This document shows positions 60,556 to 64,000 of a stretch of 64,000 nucleotides of DNA, in pieces. The stretch is from the NCBI GenBank assembly GCA_017654855.1, contig CM030332.1, forward strand, positions 3,720,001 to 3,784,000, in the 5' to 3' direction. A program made the position numbers and the translations under genes. Every line of letters begins with the position of its first letter. The stretch's first letter is position 1. The notes under the pieces are model-generated. The model made no database searches. It worked only from the letters and a program-made list of their open reading frames with translations, and was not told the origin of the DNA. Source of the DNA: Podospora anserina (taxonomy: Eukaryota).

Positions 60556-63500
60556 ATGGCCACCACCACTGTCCCGGCCCTGCCTGTTCCCCTTACGGAC
60601 CTTCCCAAACACCTTGCTCAGCACCCACACACGCCTGTCACACAGCTCTTTGAGCCATACCGCAAGTATGAGGCTCACCTCCGTGAGTGTTTTGCCCAGG
60701 ACCCTTCCAATGAGCTCTTGAAGGACCCTCACGTCAACGTCCTTCCTCTTTTCACCGAGGATACCTCCAGCCTCAACATCAGAGCCCGCAATCTGGCGGC
60801 CGAGTCCAAGGAGGAGCGTTCCAGATACATCATGCCCCTGCCGAAGGAGCTACGAAGGCCCAATGGCTCACCAGCGACTGTCAAGGACCTCAAGGAGTTC
60901 CGCCGCAACTTCAATGTCTTTTCTGAGTCTTCGCTCGTTGAGCTTGACTGGAGCAACGTTGTTGCCGCCGGCTCATCAGTGGTGAACTGCTTGTTGCCAG
61001 TGCCTGCTGAATACAACCGCAACAAGAGAACGCTTCGCGAGTTCTACCACGAGAAGTTCTCACCTGCGTCAGATGTCGATCTTTTTCTTTACGGTCTCAC
61101 CGAGGAGCAGGCCATTGAGAAGATCAAGGATATTGAGGCCCGAGTCCGCGATTCTCTTCTTACCGAGACTACCACGGTCAGAACCAAGAACGCCATTACT
61201 ATTTGCAGCCAATACCCCACTCGCCATATTCAGATCGTTCTTCGAATTTACAACTCGGTTTCTGAGATTTTGACGGGATTCGACATTGATTGCTCGGGGG
61301 CTGCGTATGATGGCAGCCAGGTCTACTGCACTCCACGTGCTCTTCAGTCTTACCTGACCCAGATCAACCACATTGATCTGACTCGGCGCAGCCCTTCCTA
61401 TGAGAATCGCCTTTCCAAGTACTCCCACAGAGGTTTTGAGGTGTATTGGCCAGACCTCGACCGGTCCCGCATCGACCCAACCATCTTTGAGCGGAGCTTC
61501 CAGCGCACGCTTGGGTTGGCGAGGCTTCTTGTCTTGGAACGCCTCCCTACCCAAGGGGCGAGAGAGACGTACACTGATCAGCGTCGCAAGGAGCGAGGCC
61601 GGCCAGCGATTGATCGCTACAGCCGGAACCAGCACAAGCTCTGGGGCAACATCAAGGATGAGCATGAGGACGAGATTGCGGACTGGGCTCTTGAGGATGA
61701 GGTCTCCAACTATCACACCTTCACGATTCCTTACGGCACCAAGTACCACGCCAAGAAGATTGAGAAGCTGTGCTACACGAGGGATTTGCTGCTCAACGCC
61801 GAGTGGAACCAGAAGAAGGACAGGGAGGTGTATCTTCATCGCCACCCTGCCTTCTTCGGCCGGGTCGAGGACGTGGTGAATGACTGCTGCGGATTCTGCC
61901 CTGTCCCGACTACGGACCAGGAGAAGGAAATTGCTGCCGAGGAGGAGAAGTACTTTGTGTCGGGCAAGATCTCTTTCCTCAAAGATGATCCAGGCAGGCA
62001 GGCTATCGGCTCGTTCAATCCTCTGACGGATGATGACTGGACTGAGATGGCGTATGTTGGTAACACGGCTCGGCTTTGCCAGGCTATCGTTGATGGTGAT
62101 GCTGAGCATGTCAAGGACTGGCTTGCTCAGGAAGGAGTTGATCCCAATACTCGGGATTACACTGGTCGCACCCCTCTGCATCTTGCTGTCATGACGTCTA
62201 CGCCGGAGATTGTTCGTCTTCTTGTCGATGCGGGTGCTAGGCTTGTCGCGCGTCTCGCTGATGGACGGACGGCTCTTCACCTTGCTGCGTCGCGTGGCAG
62301 TGTGGAGATTGTTCAGATTCTCATGAACAAGAGCGTTGCTAATGAGGCGGAGCATGAGGAGAAGGAGGAGAAGCGCAAGAAGGAGCTTGCTGCGAACAAG
62401 ACTGAGGAGGATAAGATGGATGTCGATGAGAAGGAAGAGGACGGTAGCGAGAAGGAAGAAGACGAGGAGTCTGATGGTGAGATGATCGATGGCGAGGACT
62501 CTGACGATGAGGGCCGGACTACCACCAGTGGATTTGTCAAGGTTGGGAAGGACGCTGCCGCTGCGGATGAGCTGGCTTTGGAAGAGGCTGAAGAGGAGCC
62601 TGATTTCTACGATGTTAACGTCATCGCCTGGGACACTCCTTGCTCTGCTCTTCACTTTGCCATCATGGAGGGTCATTGTGAGGTTGTCAAGACTCTGTGC
62701 CAGGTATGTCATGCTGGGTCTTGAATGTTGGGAATAGTGCTAACTCTTTTGCAGGAATATGGTGCCGATGTTCTGCTGCCCGTCAAGTTCTTGAATAGCA
62801 ACAAGTCCCCATACGGGGCGCTGCTCACTCTTGTCCTTGCGCTGGTTTTACCTGTTCCCAAGGCGAAGGAGATGGCCAAGATCCTCTTGAGTCTTGGGGC
62901 CACCTCAGCCCAGGCCGATTTGAACGGCGTTACTGCCTTCCACCGTTATGTCGAGGAGAATGCCGAGTCGTTGCTTGCCACTCTGTGGGAGCACGATGCG
63001 GTAGGGACCAAGACGGCCATCAACCACATCAGCATGCGTGACCAGTATTCGACCGCAGAGACGGCTCTCGGCGTTGCTATCAAGAAAGGAAATCTTTCTT
63101 TGATTCTTCAATTGCTCGACCATGGCGCTGTGCCTCAGATTGACTTTGAGAGCTGGCTGAAGTCGGCGAGACAGTCAGCCGCCATCGAGAGGAACCTGGG
63201 CACTTTGGAGGGCAACAAGAAGATGTGGAACGAGATGACGGAGCAGCCCCTGATTCTCGCCATCAACTCCACCGATCCCTCCTCGGCTCTCGAGCTCCTC
63301 AAGGCTGGCGCCGACCCCAACGTTGTCACGATGGAGTCTCACAAGCAGATGGGCCGTTCGTGGGTCACGGTGGTTAACGGAGAATCTGCCCTCGATCTTG
63401 TGAATACCTACCTCATCCGTCTCAAGGAATTCCTTGACAAGAAGAAGGATGTGCCCAAGGCCCCAGAGCTTCGTGAGGATCTTGACAGCTGGCTCGATCA

Positions 63501-64000
63501 GTACGAGAAGTCATCGTACCAGTATGCGATTGCCTCTGCCGAAATTGCCAAACTGAAGGCTGTACACAAGGACCAGATGAGGCAGTATGAGAAAGAGCTT
63601 GCTTCGACTGAGGAACCTGAGGGTACGGCCGAGAAGAGGACGGCAGTCTTGCAAGCGTTTGTCACGTTGGCAAAGGTGAAGGAGGCACTTGTTGAGAAGG
63701 GGGCGAAGACCTTCGGAGAGCTTTTCCCGGCCTACAAGGCCCCTGACCCGTTCCCTGACGTCAACACCCCGTACGCGCAAGCAGGCAAGGTTGTGCAGCC
63801 GATTGTCGACCCGACGAGGCGCCTGTTCCATTTGCAGAATGTCTTTGATGTGACAGACAAGAGACTGCCTGCCTACATCTCTTTGTAAGTTGCTCATCCG
63901 TGGGTTTACCTGCTGAAATAGATGCTGACATTGATTTACACAGGTTCGAAGCCGCTTGGTTGGGCGATCTTGACAAGATCAAGAAGCTCTGCTTGACCTC
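60556..64000 (+). CDS. Large ankyrin-repeat protein with N-terminal nucleotidyltransferase-like domain (3' end outside window)
   Basis: Exons 60556-62703, 62755-63884, 63944->64000. Ankyrin repeats GRTPLHLAV, GRTALHLAA, SALHFAIMEGH, GVTAFH; N-terminal AAGSSV...SDVDLF...FDIDC...RLSKYSHRGF. Confidence 0.9.

Noticed and set aside
61069-62712. 547-aa minus-strand ORF
   Set aside because: Antisense shadow of the ankyrin/NTase gene; composition mirrors sense-strand codon bias.

Overview
Eukaryotic genomic DNA from a filamentous ascomycete (Sordariomycetes). Short GT-AG introns with CTAAC/CTGAC branch sites, RIP-like repeat decay and dispersed-type 5S genes suggest a Podospora/Sordariales-like genome; the taxon is an inference. 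About 19 protein-coding genes were reconstructed by hand across introns: enolase, Ape2 aminopeptidase, a small secreted Cys-rich protein, a WLM/Wss1 protease, Oct1, Mic26, Tpc1, Rsm26/mS42, a GPI-anchored Cu-only SOD, a Moco-sulfurase-like enzyme, a Zn2Cys6 factor, a DUF202 protein, Ost2, Grh1, Tgs1, V-ATPase subunit f, an ankyrin protein and two hypotheticals. The window also holds a FunK1 kinase pseudogene, a tandem pair of 5S rRNA genes and two inverted copies of a TIR element with 6-bp target duplications. The strongest leads are (i) a Pol-beta-like nucleotidyltransferase domain fused to ankyrin repeats, (ii) a Moco-sulfurase paralogue that lacks the MOSC domain and ends in a Ras-like CCaaX motif, (iii) the TIR element family and its possible link to the kinase relic, (iv) a long structured DUF202 intron with a duplicated 3' splice site, and (v) a spliced ORF broken by a TAG in an A-to-I editing context. 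All family calls come from motif recognition; no searches were run.
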